Below are positions 1 to 6,820 of a stretch of 36,843 nucleotides of DNA, one piece after another. The stretch's first letter is position 1. Every line of letters starts with the position of its first letter. A model generated the notes under the pieces. The model ran no database searches. It had not been told where the DNA came from and saw only the letters and a list, made by a program, of their open reading frames with translations. Source of the stretch: Candidatus Omnitrophota bacterium (lineage in GTDB: Bacteria > Omnitrophota > Gorgyraeia > B26-G9); the NCBI GenBank assembly GCA_023819605.1, contig JAMWCB010000002.1, positions 1-36,843 on the forward strand, written 5' to 3'. The position numbers and the translations under genes were made by a program.

Positions 1-440
1 GAAACGTGATCCTCGAAAGGGATGACCTCGCCTTCTTTCTGCTTTAACTCGATCTCACTCAGCTTCGCGCGGTTCTTGCGATATTCCTTGTCCCAATAAT
101 CCTTGCCGTTGTCCTCTTCCGATCCCTGCTTTTTATAGAACCACTTGAAGACATCCCCGACCTTAAACCGCGCGATCTCACCGACCGCATCCCTGAAGAC
201 CGGCATGCCCTGCTGGACATACCGCCTGATCATCCGCGGAGATTTCTCGAGATAAACACACAAGGTCGGCAAATCTACCGTTCCATCGATAACCCCCGCT
301 GGCCGCTGTTCGGATTTCTCGAACTCCTCAAGCTCTTTAAGCTCCTTGGACGACAGCGAACCGCGCCCCAGCTTTTCGACAAGGGCGATGTAGCGTTTCT
401 TTTTTGCGATCTCAACAAGGTTGCGGTTCTTTTCATCCAT
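1..440 (-). CDS. terminase small subunit-like phage DNA-binding protein, partial (3' end lies beyond window start)
   Basis: Absent from the ORF track because no stop lies in the window. Hand translation from ATG 440-438 is stop-free to position 3: MDEKNRNLVEIAKKKRYIALVEKLGRGSLSSKELKELEEFEKSEQRPAGVIDGTVDLPTLCVYLEKSPRMIRRYVQQGMPVFRDAVGEIARFKVGDVFKWFYKKQGSEEDNGKDYWDKEYRKNRAKLSEIELKQKEGEVIPFEDHV. An HTH-like segment followed by a basic coiled segment resembles Nu1/terS-type proteins. The start overlaps the upstream methylase stop by 8 nt. Confidence 0.5.
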   Translation of the reverse strand, partial: MDEKNRNLVEIAKKKRYIALVEKLGRGSLSSKELKELEEFEKSEQRPAGVIDGTVDLPTLCVYLEKSPRMIRRYVQQGMPVFRDAVGEIARFKVGDVFKWFYKKQGSEEDNGKDYWDKEYRKNRAKLSEIELKQKEGEVIPFEDHV

Positions 441-1737
441 TACTATCCCTTATCGCTTTTTTTCCTGAAAATTCCTCCCAACGCCTGACCGCCACATCGC
501 AGAAGACCGGCTCGATCTCCATAGCGAACACCCTCCGATTCAGCCGTTCGCCCGCGATAATTTGCGATCCAGAACCGGAAAACGGCTCATAACAAACATC
601 CCCGGGTGTCGTATGAACCCGCATGGGTATGGCAAAAACCTCGGTCGGCTTTACTGTCGGATGATCAAGGCCCGGGTTGCGCTTCTTGCCTTCCCAGTCC
701 AGCTCCCAGACATCGGTGTGATACTCCGGAGTTTCAGGATCGCCCGTCCTTAAGAATCCAACCGTCCAGACACTGCCGATCGCCTTGTTTTTCGGCTTAT
801 ACTCCGGCTTATGGCCCTTGACCCACATCAAAAGACACGGCTCATGCCGCCACGAATAAAACGAATAGGTCAAAATGACGCACGGCTTGACCCAGACAAT
901 TTCCTGATGAATCAGAATGCCGATCTCTTTGCAGAGGCCCTCAATATCCGAACGCCGCTTTGAGGCATGCCACATATAAAGCGCGGTCTTTTCTTTGATA
1001 AACCCGAGGCCCACGGTCAGAAACTTGCGCATGAAATCCACCGCGTCCGGAATATCAATCTCATGATAAACATTCGACCAGTCCCGGCCGCCGTTGGGCC
1101 GGTCGGCACCGGTATAATCCACGCAGTACGGCGGGTCGGTTGCCAGCAAACTTGCCTTGCGGCCATCCATAAGCCGCGCGACATCTGCTTCGCTGGTAGA
1201 ATCCCCGCACAAAAGCCGGTGTTCACCAAGGATCCACAGGTCGCCCTTCTTGGTGATCGGCTTTTCGGGCGGCTCAGGGATATCATCCGGAAGCGTCTTA
1301 CCGCTTCCCAGATTCTCGACACCCATGTCCCCGACACTCTCCCGCAGGCTTTGAAGCCGCAGGTTGAGGTAATCATCACCGGCTTCTTTTCTCAACCTCT
1401 CCAAAAGCGGGATCAGCGCGGCCGTCCATTGACCGGCAATCTCGCTGTTATTAAGCGTCAGATTCATGGCCTGCTCTTGGATTTCGTCCAAGTCGACCAT
1501 AATGACATCGACCATCTCCACGCCATCAGACTGCAAGACCTTGTACCGCTGATGCCCGGACACGATCCGCATGTTCCGTTTATTAACGATCAACAGATCC
1601 ACATACCCGAACTTCTCCAAGCTGTGCTTAAGCCCCGCATAGGCAGGCTCGGTTATTTCCCGGGGGTTATACGGCGCAGGCCGCAGATCCGCCACCCTGA
1701 CCTCAGCGATTTCCGGTTTAACATTGATTTTTGCCAC
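433..1737 (-). CDS. ParB-like nuclease domain fused to a beta-class N6-adenine/N4-cytosine DNA methyltransferase
   Basis: 434-aa ORF with a GTG start and AAGGAG 7 nt upstream. The N-terminus is ParB/sulfiredoxin-like (VRVADLRPAPYNPR, SGHQR). The C-terminal half has motif IV DPPY (LLATDPPY) preceding motif I FxGxG (YEPFSGSGS), the order typical of beta-class amino-methyltransferases. Confidence 0.85.
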   Translation of the reverse strand: MAKINVKPEIAEVRVADLRPAPYNPREITEPAYAGLKHSLEKFGYVDLLIVNKRNMRIVSGHQRYKVLQSDGVEMVDVIMVDLDEIQEQAMNLTLNNSEIAGQWTAALIPLLERLRKEAGDDYLNLRLQSLRESVGDMGVENLGSGKTLPDDIPEPPEKPITKKGDLWILGEHRLLCGDSTSEADVARLMDGRKASLLATDPPYCVDYTGADRPNGGRDWSNVYHEIDIPDAVDFMRKFLTVGLGFIKEKTALYMWHASKRRSDIEGLCKEIGILIHQEIVWVKPCVILTYSFYSWRHEPCLLMWVKGHKPEYKPKNKAIGSVWTVGFLRTGDPETPEYHTDVWELDWEGKKRNPGLDHPTVKPTEVFAIPMRVHTTPGDVCYEPFSGSGSQIIAGERLNRRVFAMEIEPVFCDVAVRRWEEFSGKKAIRDSNG

Positions 1738-1937
1738 GATTTTCTCCTTTTTTATGTCCGCTCATGTCCATCAAAATGCCCTTTTTGAACCCCTTGCAGA
1801 CGTGTCTTTTAATCAAAAAAAGCCCGTATTCCCGACGGAAACAAGCCGTTTGGCCGTTTTTACCCCAGATGTGCAAAACCTCAAAAGTGATGGACATGGA
1901 CATCGATTTTTTTACCCCTCATCACTGAAGGCTCGCG

Positions 1938-1959
1938 CCTCGCCCGACCCTCGCCCGAC
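1938..1959. repeat. tandem direct repeat, 2 x 11 bp (CCTCGCCCGAC)
   Basis: Two exact copies, at 1938-1948 and 1949-1959. They form a GC-rich island in an otherwise AT-rich intergenic region upstream (in the minus-strand sense) of the methylase/terS genes. Confidence 0.9.
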
Positions 1960-1986
1960 ACCCCCTTCCAAGGACCCGTAAACTTT

Positions 1987-2277
1987 TTAAGCGCGCGTCT
2001 CCCATATAAACCTGATCTGCTTATGTAAAGTAAAGTCATGGCAACAAATCTCTTTCACATTATGATTAATGATCACAATTTGTTTTACCGGACTACCCTC
2101 AAGCACCCACAATTCAACTCGGTATCTGTCATCCTCATAGGAATCTTTCGGTACTGCTTTAAACCATTTCCTTCTATCGGCTTCGGTAAACCGCGGACTC
2201 GAGTGCCAGATCTCATCAACGTACTTTTGAAGCTTATTTATTGCATCATTAAGACTTTGACATTTTACGGTTCTCAT
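1987..2277 (-). CDS. hypothetical phage protein
   Basis: 96-aa ORF with an ATG start and GGAGGA about 8 nt upstream. No recognisable motif. Confidence 0.6.
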   Translation of the reverse strand: MRTVKCQSLNDAINKLQKYVDEIWHSSPRFTEADRRKWFKAVPKDSYEDDRYRVELWVLEGSPVKQIVIINHNVKEICCHDFTLHKQIRFIWETRA

Positions 2278-2371
2278 TGGTAATTCCTCCTCAGCGTTAA
2301 AACGAGTTATTCACAGAATTCACAACCTCTACTACTATTTTTTGTTAGTTATCTCTTGATAATATCTTTTG

Positions 2372-2806
2372 TTAGGGTGACATGGGTGTCACTACTTCTG
2401 GTGACACCGGTGTCACCACTCCAGTGACAGGCCTGTCACTGGTGACATCCGTGTCACTACTTGGTTGTGGATAACTTTTCGTCCCCGAAACGTTAAGCAA
2501 TTTATAAATATTCGGCTTTCCCTTCTTTCGTTCAATCGCGATAGCATTCAGACACTCTAATTGTTTAATAGCGCGCATGATTGTGCGCCGGGATATTCCG
2601 CAATGCCACGCCAGCGTAGTAATAGACGGAAAGCAATCCTGCGCTTTGAAATTCGCGTAATAACAAAGCCAAGAATAAACGGCAACACCCATGGTACCGG
2701 CGCTCTCGCTGATTAACCTGAGCGCTGACTTATCTATCCAAAGGAATTTACCATCGCGCAAATCCCTGATATCGATCTTTTCGCTTCCCATGAAAAACCT
2801 TCTCAC
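2372..2806 (-). CDS. phage HTH DNA-binding protein, candidate replication initiator/organiser
   Basis: 144-aa ORF. The winged-HTH-like segment FPSITTLAWHCGISRRTIMRAIKQLECLNAIAIERKKGKPNIYKL is typical of phage replication-module HTH proteins. The GTG start overlaps the upstream stop (GTGA), and ATG 2791 is an alternative start. The last ~28 codons coincide with the palindrome array. Confidence 0.65.
   Translation of the reverse strand: MRRFFMGSEKIDIRDLRDGKFLWIDKSALRLISESAGTMGVAVYSWLCYYANFKAQDCFPSITTLAWHCGISRRTIMRAIKQLECLNAIAIERKKGKPNIYKLLNVSGTKSYPQPSSDTDVTSDRPVTGVVTPVSPEVVTPMSP
2377..2457. repeat. array of four GTGACA-N4-TGTCAC palindromes (candidate iterons)
   Basis: Copies lie at 2377-2392, 2401-2416, 2424-2439 and 2442-2457. 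The second extends to a perfect 18-bp palindrome (2400-2417) and the third to a perfect 22-bp palindrome (2421-2442). Confidence 0.9.
2466..2474 (-). promoter_or_regulatory. perfect DnaA box (TTATCCACA on the minus strand)
   Basis: TGTGGATAA at 2466-2474 is the exact reverse complement of the 9-mer DnaA box consensus. It lies 9 bp from the last palindrome. Confidence 0.5.
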
Positions 2807-3060
2807 GAAGAAACAACTTCATACCAAGCCATGTTGCCTTTGAGGTTGCGCCGGATGCATTCATCCTTGCCGATCTTCCTCACGATGCCCTGCAGAACAA
2901 AGTCCCTGATCGTTCTCTCGGCCCGCAAATAATAATTACTAGTGCCAAAAGATATGGCCTCGGCCTTTGAGAAAATCCTTTTTTGCCTGCACCAGCGCAA
3001 AAGCTGTTCTTCTTTTGATAAAATTTTGTCTACCGGCTCATTCATCTCCATTTTTCTCAC
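2803..3060 (-). CDS. hypothetical phage protein
   Basis: 85-aa ORF whose stop overlaps the next gene's start by 4 nt. No recognisable motif. Confidence 0.6.
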   Translation of the reverse strand: MRKMEMNEPVDKILSKEEQLLRWCRQKRIFSKAEAISFGTSNYYLRAERTIRDFVLQGIVRKIGKDECIRRNLKGNMAWYEVVSS

Positions 3061-3072
3061 CTCCCGACCAAT

Positions 3073-3390
3073 TCATCTTGCCCAGCTGATCCAGCCCCAC
3101 AAGGCCAAGAAAAAGTACACAACGAACAAGAACGCCTGAGCGTATAAACGTTTTCTAAAATCGATCACTGCCCAGCATGCGTTCGTAAACATCCACACCA
3201 CAAACCCGGCCGGGTCTTTATGCACGTTCAAGACAACACCGAAGATAGACAGGCCAGCGAGCATCCACATCACCAGCTCTTTAAACTCTTTCGGGTCCTT
3301 GCCGAACGGCCGGTTGGCTTCAACAAGCTTGCGCCGGTTGTACCAGCTCAAGTTTTTGTATAATTCCTTCCATCCATTATTGACTCTCAT
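3073..3390 (-). CDS. small phage membrane protein (3 predicted TM helices)
   Basis: Start moved to ATG 3390, which has AAGGAG 6 nt upstream. The longer 3501 start would overlap most of the upstream gene. Hydrophobic helices: LVMWMLAGLSIFGVVL, GFVVWMFTNACWAVI, AQAFLFVVYFFLALWGWISW. Confidence 0.6.
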   Translation of the reverse strand: MRVNNGWKELYKNLSWYNRRKLVEANRPFGKDPKEFKELVMWMLAGLSIFGVVLNVHKDPAGFVVWMFTNACWAVIDFRKRLYAQAFLFVVYFFLALWGWISWAR

Positions 3391-3670
3391 CCGGTCTCCT
3401 TTCTTTGCTCTTTGGAACTCTTTCAACGATAAAAAATTCTTCCCCGATCTTCTCGGTCGCGCATTCAGTAAAGACGCTGGCCAGAAGCGCGCCGACATCA
3501 TCAGTCACATGAATGATCACGCGATGGCCGGACAGAAGAAACGACCCGTCCATCTTGACCCGGGCCTTGCCGAACACCCCGCGCGCCGCGCGCATCGCCG
3601 ATTCCATCTGATCTTGAATCAGCTGTTTATCGATCCTTTCATCGAACTCGAACTTATAAACGAACTCCAT
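3377..3670 (-). CDS. hypothetical phage protein
   Basis: 97-aa ORF with an ATG start preceded by GGAGGA. No recognisable motif. Confidence 0.6.
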   Translation of the reverse strand: MEFVYKFEFDERIDKQLIQDQMESAMRAARGVFGKARVKMDGSFLLSGHRVIIHVTDDVGALLASVFTECATEKIGEEFFIVERVPKSKERRPDESQ

Positions 3671-3688
3671 GCAAATCCTCCTCTCTGA

Positions 3689-4228
3689 TTACCTCAGATA
3701 TTCCTCAAGCCCTTCTTTACGGAAAACTTCCCTGATACGCTTCACCTCTTCATTCAGCGTCGTGCGAGGTATTCCCATTTTTTCTCCCGCTTTTGCGATG
3801 CTTATTCCTTCCATCAGAAAACGGCACAATTGTTTTTGCCTGAAAGTCAGGTTGGCCGTCGCACGCCCCATAGCATCAGGAAGTTCCGCGGCCGTTATTT
3901 TTGAAACTGTCTGTTCTTCAACCATTAAAATCTTCTCCTTTGCACTAATCGATTCTTCGTCTTCGCCCATCGCATCGAGCGATTCACTCACATATGAAAC
4001 CTTGCGTATACTTGCTTCTCTCCTGCGGATAAGGTCAGCGATTTTGTTTTTCATGATTCTGTTTAAAAATGTCCGTTCGGATGCTCCGGATTCAGGACGA
4101 TGCTGGTCTTTTGCAAAAAACCAATGGATTAAGCATTCCTGCAGAAGATCATCCGTCCCTCGATTCTCAGGCTGACGTAGTCGTGCTGAGCCTCCCTGAT
4201 CAAGCAAAGAATCTCCCGTAATTCCCAC
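3689..4228 (-). CDS. sigma-70 family (ECF-like) RNA polymerase sigma factor, phage-encoded
   Basis: Region-2-like segment (LIHWFFAKDQHRPESGASERTFLNRIMKNKIADLIRR) and region-4 HTH (LTFRQKQLCRFLMEGISIAKAGEKMGIPRTTLNEEVKRIR). The start is GTG. TTG 4207, preceded by GGGAG, is an alternative start. Confidence 0.7.
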   Translation of the reverse strand: MGITGDSLLDQGGSARLRQPENRGTDDLLQECLIHWFFAKDQHRPESGASERTFLNRIMKNKIADLIRRREASIRKVSYVSESLDAMGEDEESISAKEKILMVEEQTVSKITAAELPDAMGRATANLTFRQKQLCRFLMEGISIAKAGEKMGIPRTTLNEEVKRIREVFRKEGLEEYLR

Positions 4229-4314
4229 TCTTGAAATAGGCCTCGATAGTTTTGGCTAATACGGACACTCCTTTTTTTGAGGGTGTCCGCAGAGATCCCA
4301 TATCCTCCGCCAAC

Positions 4315-4530
4315 TTATAAATATTTTTCCTTTGTAATTGGTTTGCATCCCAGTAATTCATCTGGCGTCGGCTCTCTTTTTAATATTCCGGTTAAGACTG
4401 CCTTCACGGCATCAAAGATTCTTTGATTCTGTATCCGCCTTTCCTCGCCCTCCAAGGGCTTGTCCGGATACGCAAGAAAGAATCCATTCTTGAACCGTTT
4501 TTGTAAGTTTGAATTTTGCCGTTCGCCCAT
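4315..4530 (-). CDS. hypothetical phage protein, divergent from the integrase
   Basis: 71-aa ORF with an ATG start and GAGGAG 5 nt upstream. No motif. The overlapping 4404-4610 ORF in another frame lacks an SD. Confidence 0.5.
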   Translation of the reverse strand: MGERQNSNLQKRFKNGFFLAYPDKPLEGEERRIQNQRIFDAVKAVLTGILKREPTPDELLGCKPITKEKYL

Positions 4531-4755
4531 AACGCTCCTCTACTGACTACATACGCAGACTTTTTGAAAACAGACGAAAAAAAGTTCGAAAACAAAAAAA
4601 TTTCCGTCACCCTGCAGGAAATCTGCGTATATAGAAAGAGAGAATGTGCGAGTGTGCGATCTCCAAGCAGAACAGCTCTAAGTTGTTGTAATAGCTTGAC
4701 TTGTGGATGGTTCTATTATAGGGTTGGGTCGCAAAACGAAAAACGAGTTTAAGCG

Positions 4756-6492
4756 ATGGGCATGACACCAATTATCAAATCGAAAGAGAAAAAAAGATTC
4801 GTGATCTACACCCGGTGTTCAACCGACGATCAAGCGCAGGGTGATTTCACGACACTGGACGCGCAAGCGCATCACTGCAAAAACATGCTCGATGCGTTTG
4901 GCTATGAACTGGCAAGTTTTGGTAAAAACGGAGTTATTAACGATGATGGCTATTCAGGGAAAGACTTAAACCGGCCCGGAATTCAATCGATCCTTAAGGA
5001 TATCCAAAAAAATAAATCTTTTGACGGCATCATCTTCTTCAGGCTTGACCGCCTGACCCGCAACCCGCGCGACCTCTACGGCATGATTGACCTCTTCAAA
5101 GCTCAAGAGGTTGATTTCTTATCAGTCCGCGAGAATCTCGATAGTTCAACAGCCATAGGCCGCGTGGTCATCGGAATCATTGGTTTGTTATCAGCATTCG
5201 AACGAGAACTGACCGGCGAACGCGTGAAAGCCTCTGCGATCGCAAGAGCCAGACAAGGTAGGTGGGTCGGAGGAAAACCTCCGTTCGGTTACAAACTGGT
5301 TAAAAACGGCGATCCCCTCCCTAACGGAAGGCAACCGCACAAAATCGAAGTTGATGAAATAATCGCCCCTTATTTAAAAACAATTTTCCGAATGGCCGCA
5401 GACAATAAGACCTTATCAGAAATTGGATCCCTCCTCTTACAACACAAGGTGCCAACTTCTAAAAGCATGGTATGGAGAAAACAAACTGTGGCCAAGATAA
5501 TCAAGAATCCCTTCTACAAAGGCATAATTGCCTATTCGGGCGAAAAACACAAAGGCACCCATTTGGCCATCGTTGATGAAGATCTCTGGGATAGGGCCAA
5601 CAGAGTGATTTCCGCGAAACTACCCGGGCACAAGTTCTCAAAAATATCTAAGGATTATGCTAATCGGCTGAAGGGAATCGTACGGTGCGGAAAATGCGGG
5701 AGCTATTTCGTCTCCACAATAGCCCACGGACATGGAGATAAACTCTTTTATTATTATGAGTGTAGCCGGGCAAGGCAGAAACTCGGGTGTGATGCCAAGC
5801 GGATATCCGCTACGGCATTTGATGAAGCGGTGATAGATTTCTTCAGGCGGGCGTCAGAAGATCAGGATATCCTCGTCAAATGCATGATAAGCGCGGTTAA
5901 GGACTGCACCGAAAAGCTGGACAGCTGTGAAAAAGAAATCAGGATAATTGAAAAGAAACTCAAGAAAAACAAGAAGACCGCGGAAGACCTGCTCAATCTT
6001 GCGATGGAGCAAAAGATCTCGAAAGGCGTGACCTATACCGAGAGAATGACCGGCCTTGAGAAAGAGATCGCCGAATTAGAAACCAAGCTATCGAAGCTCG
6101 AAGCTCAAAGACGGGCCGCGGATATCTCCGCCAACTCCGGCCAGTATTTATATCAAACCCTGCAATTTGCCATGAAATATATAGACGAATCCCCCGCTGA
6201 TGCCCAGATCGGCTTATTAAAAGCCCTGATCCGGGTAATCGATATCCACGACGATCACGTGATGATGCGGCTATATGTGGGGGAACCTTCGCAGGAAATG
6301 GCCTGTCTTATAGGCCCTGAAAAGCAAGGAACCCCGCCCGATATCTCTACCGGACAGGGTTCGCCTGTGCGTCAACTATGGCGGAGAGGCAGGGATTCGA
6401 ACCCTGGGACCCTTGCGAATCACACGCTCTCCAGGCGTGCCCGTTCAACCGCTCCGGCACCTCTCCGCATTAATTTCAAATATTTTTTGTAG
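4756..6492 (+). CDS. large serine recombinase (phage integrase)
   Basis: Resolvase catalytic motif FVIYTRCSTDDQ, a recombinase domain, a zinc-ribbon (CGKCGSYF...YYYECSR) and a coiled-coil stretch (EKEIRIIEKKLKKNKKTAEDLL...). The last ~38 codons are antisense to the tRNA-Ser gene. Confidence 0.9.
   Translation: MGMTPIIKSKEKKRFVIYTRCSTDDQAQGDFTTLDAQAHHCKNMLDAFGYELASFGKNGVINDDGYSGKDLNRPGIQSILKDIQKNKSFDGIIFFRLDRLTRNPRDLYGMIDLFKAQEVDFLSVRENLDSSTAIGRVVIGIIGLLSAFERELTGERVKASAIARARQGRWVGGKPPFGYKLVKNGDPLPNGRQPHKIEVDEIIAPYLKTIFRMAADNKTLSEIGSLLLQHKVPTSKSMVWRKQTVAKIIKNPFYKGIIAYSGEKHKGTHLAIVDEDLWDRANRVISAKLPGHKFSKISKDYANRLKGIVRCGKCGSYFVSTIAHGHGDKLFYYYECSRARQKLGCDAKRISATAFDEAVIDFFRRASEDQDILVKCMISAVKDCTEKLDSCEKEIRIIEKKLKKNKKTAEDLLNLAMEQKISKGVTYTERMTGLEKEIAELETKLSKLEAQRRAADISANSGQYLYQTLQFAMKYIDESPADAQIGLLKALIRVIDIHDDHVMMRLYVGEPSQEMACLIGPEKQGTPPDISTGQGSPVRQLWRRGRDSNPGTLANHTLSRRARSTAPAPLRINFKYFL
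6379..6466 (-). tRNA. tRNA-Ser (anticodon GGA), CCA encoded
   Basis: The minus strand reads GGAGAGGTGCCGGAGCGGTTGAACGGGCACGCCTGGAGAGCGTGTGATTCGCAAGGGTCCCAGGGTTCGAATCCCTGCCTCTCCGCCA. It has a 7-bp acceptor stem (GGAGAGG/CCTCTCC), an anticodon stem CACGC/GCGTG with loop CTGGAGA, a long variable arm and a T-loop GGTTCGAATCC. Confidence 0.9.
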
Positions 6493-6676
6493 CTCTTTTC
6501 TTCCGCTGCTTGTCTTTAAAACCATACCCTACGAGGGCTAGTGCAGTATAGATTATCATACTTTCCCGGCAAAGGCAATGAAGCTCAACGGGCGGGCTCA
6601 CCCGGGCGCCTGTCCCGCGTACTGTGGCGGGAAAAGCCCGGGGTATCTGAGCGGAATCCCGCAATTCCGCTTTCAC

Positions 6677-6700
6677 CCCCGGCCTAAAGGCCGGGGTTTT
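6677..6700 (+). terminator. intrinsic terminator-like hairpin
   Basis: CCCCGGCC-TAAA-GGCCGGGG is a perfect 8-bp GC stem with a tetraloop, followed by TTTT on the plus strand only. Confidence 0.45.
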
Positions 6701-6771
6701 CAAAGATGCGTGGATAAACACGCCTCGCCGGCGTCCATACCGACCAACGCCTGCCCAGACTACATTTTTTT

Positions 6772-6800
6772 CAGACAGAACTCTAATTTTATATTATAAT
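6772..6800 (+). promoter_or_regulatory. candidate sigma70 promoter of the L,D-transpeptidase gene
   Basis: CAGACA-17 nt-TATAAT. The -10 hexamer ends 20 nt before ATG 6821. The -35 is weak. Confidence 0.3.
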
Positions 6801-6820
6801 TACCGCAGGAGATATCCCCC

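Larger units (their letters stand above)
1..6378. mobile_element. end of an integrated temperate-phage-like element abutting tRNA-Ser
   Basis: Gene content is phage-like: terS-like gene, ParB-methylase, iteron-bearing replication gene, sigma factor and large serine recombinase. The early genes form a compact minus-strand block with overlapping starts and stops. The sequence is visibly more AT-rich than the sequence right of about 6.5 kb (not computed). The 3' end of the tRNA faces the element. The left boundary lies outside the window. The att core is not resolved, so the right boundary is placed at the tRNA 3' end. Confidence 0.65.

Noticed and set aside
967-1788. Large antisense or alternative-frame ORFs inside confident genes, for example 967-1788 +, 11075-11737 +, 22364-22873 +, 22943-23482 +, 24619-25365 +, 33574-34206 +, 16389-16820 +.
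   Set aside because: These are shadow ORFs typical of GC-rich DNA. Their products are low-complexity (R/P/A/S-rich) with no motifs and no SD, and they overlap genes with clear domain signatures on the other strand.
2377-2457. Possibility that the palindrome array, or the 13-bp tandem repeat at 33001-33026, is a CRISPR array.
   Set aside because: The repeats are too short and too few. The spacers are 2-8 bp rather than ~30 bp, no cas genes are present, and one array lies within a coding region.
4262-4289. Hairpin CGGACAC-N14-GTGTCCG with a T7 loop between the 71-aa gene and the sigma factor gene, considered as a terminator.
   Set aside because: No U-run follows the stem on either strand, because the T-run is in the loop. 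It is left as an unexplained hairpin, possibly RBS-sequestering.
6545-6700. The idea that the structured block is a c-di-AMP (ydaO-type) riboswitch controlling the LysM/YkuD cell-wall gene.
   Set aside because: I could not recognise the conserved ydaO core sequences. The block also lies upstream of the best promoter candidate for the gene (6772-6800) and ends in a terminator ~120 nt before the ATG. It is kept only as a generic sRNA candidate.
6578-6799. 73-aa ORF in the tRNA to L,D-transpeptidase intergenic region.
   Set aside because: It has no SD and an implausible composition, and it spans the hairpin block, the terminator and the downstream promoter. It is better explained as non-coding structured DNA or RNA.
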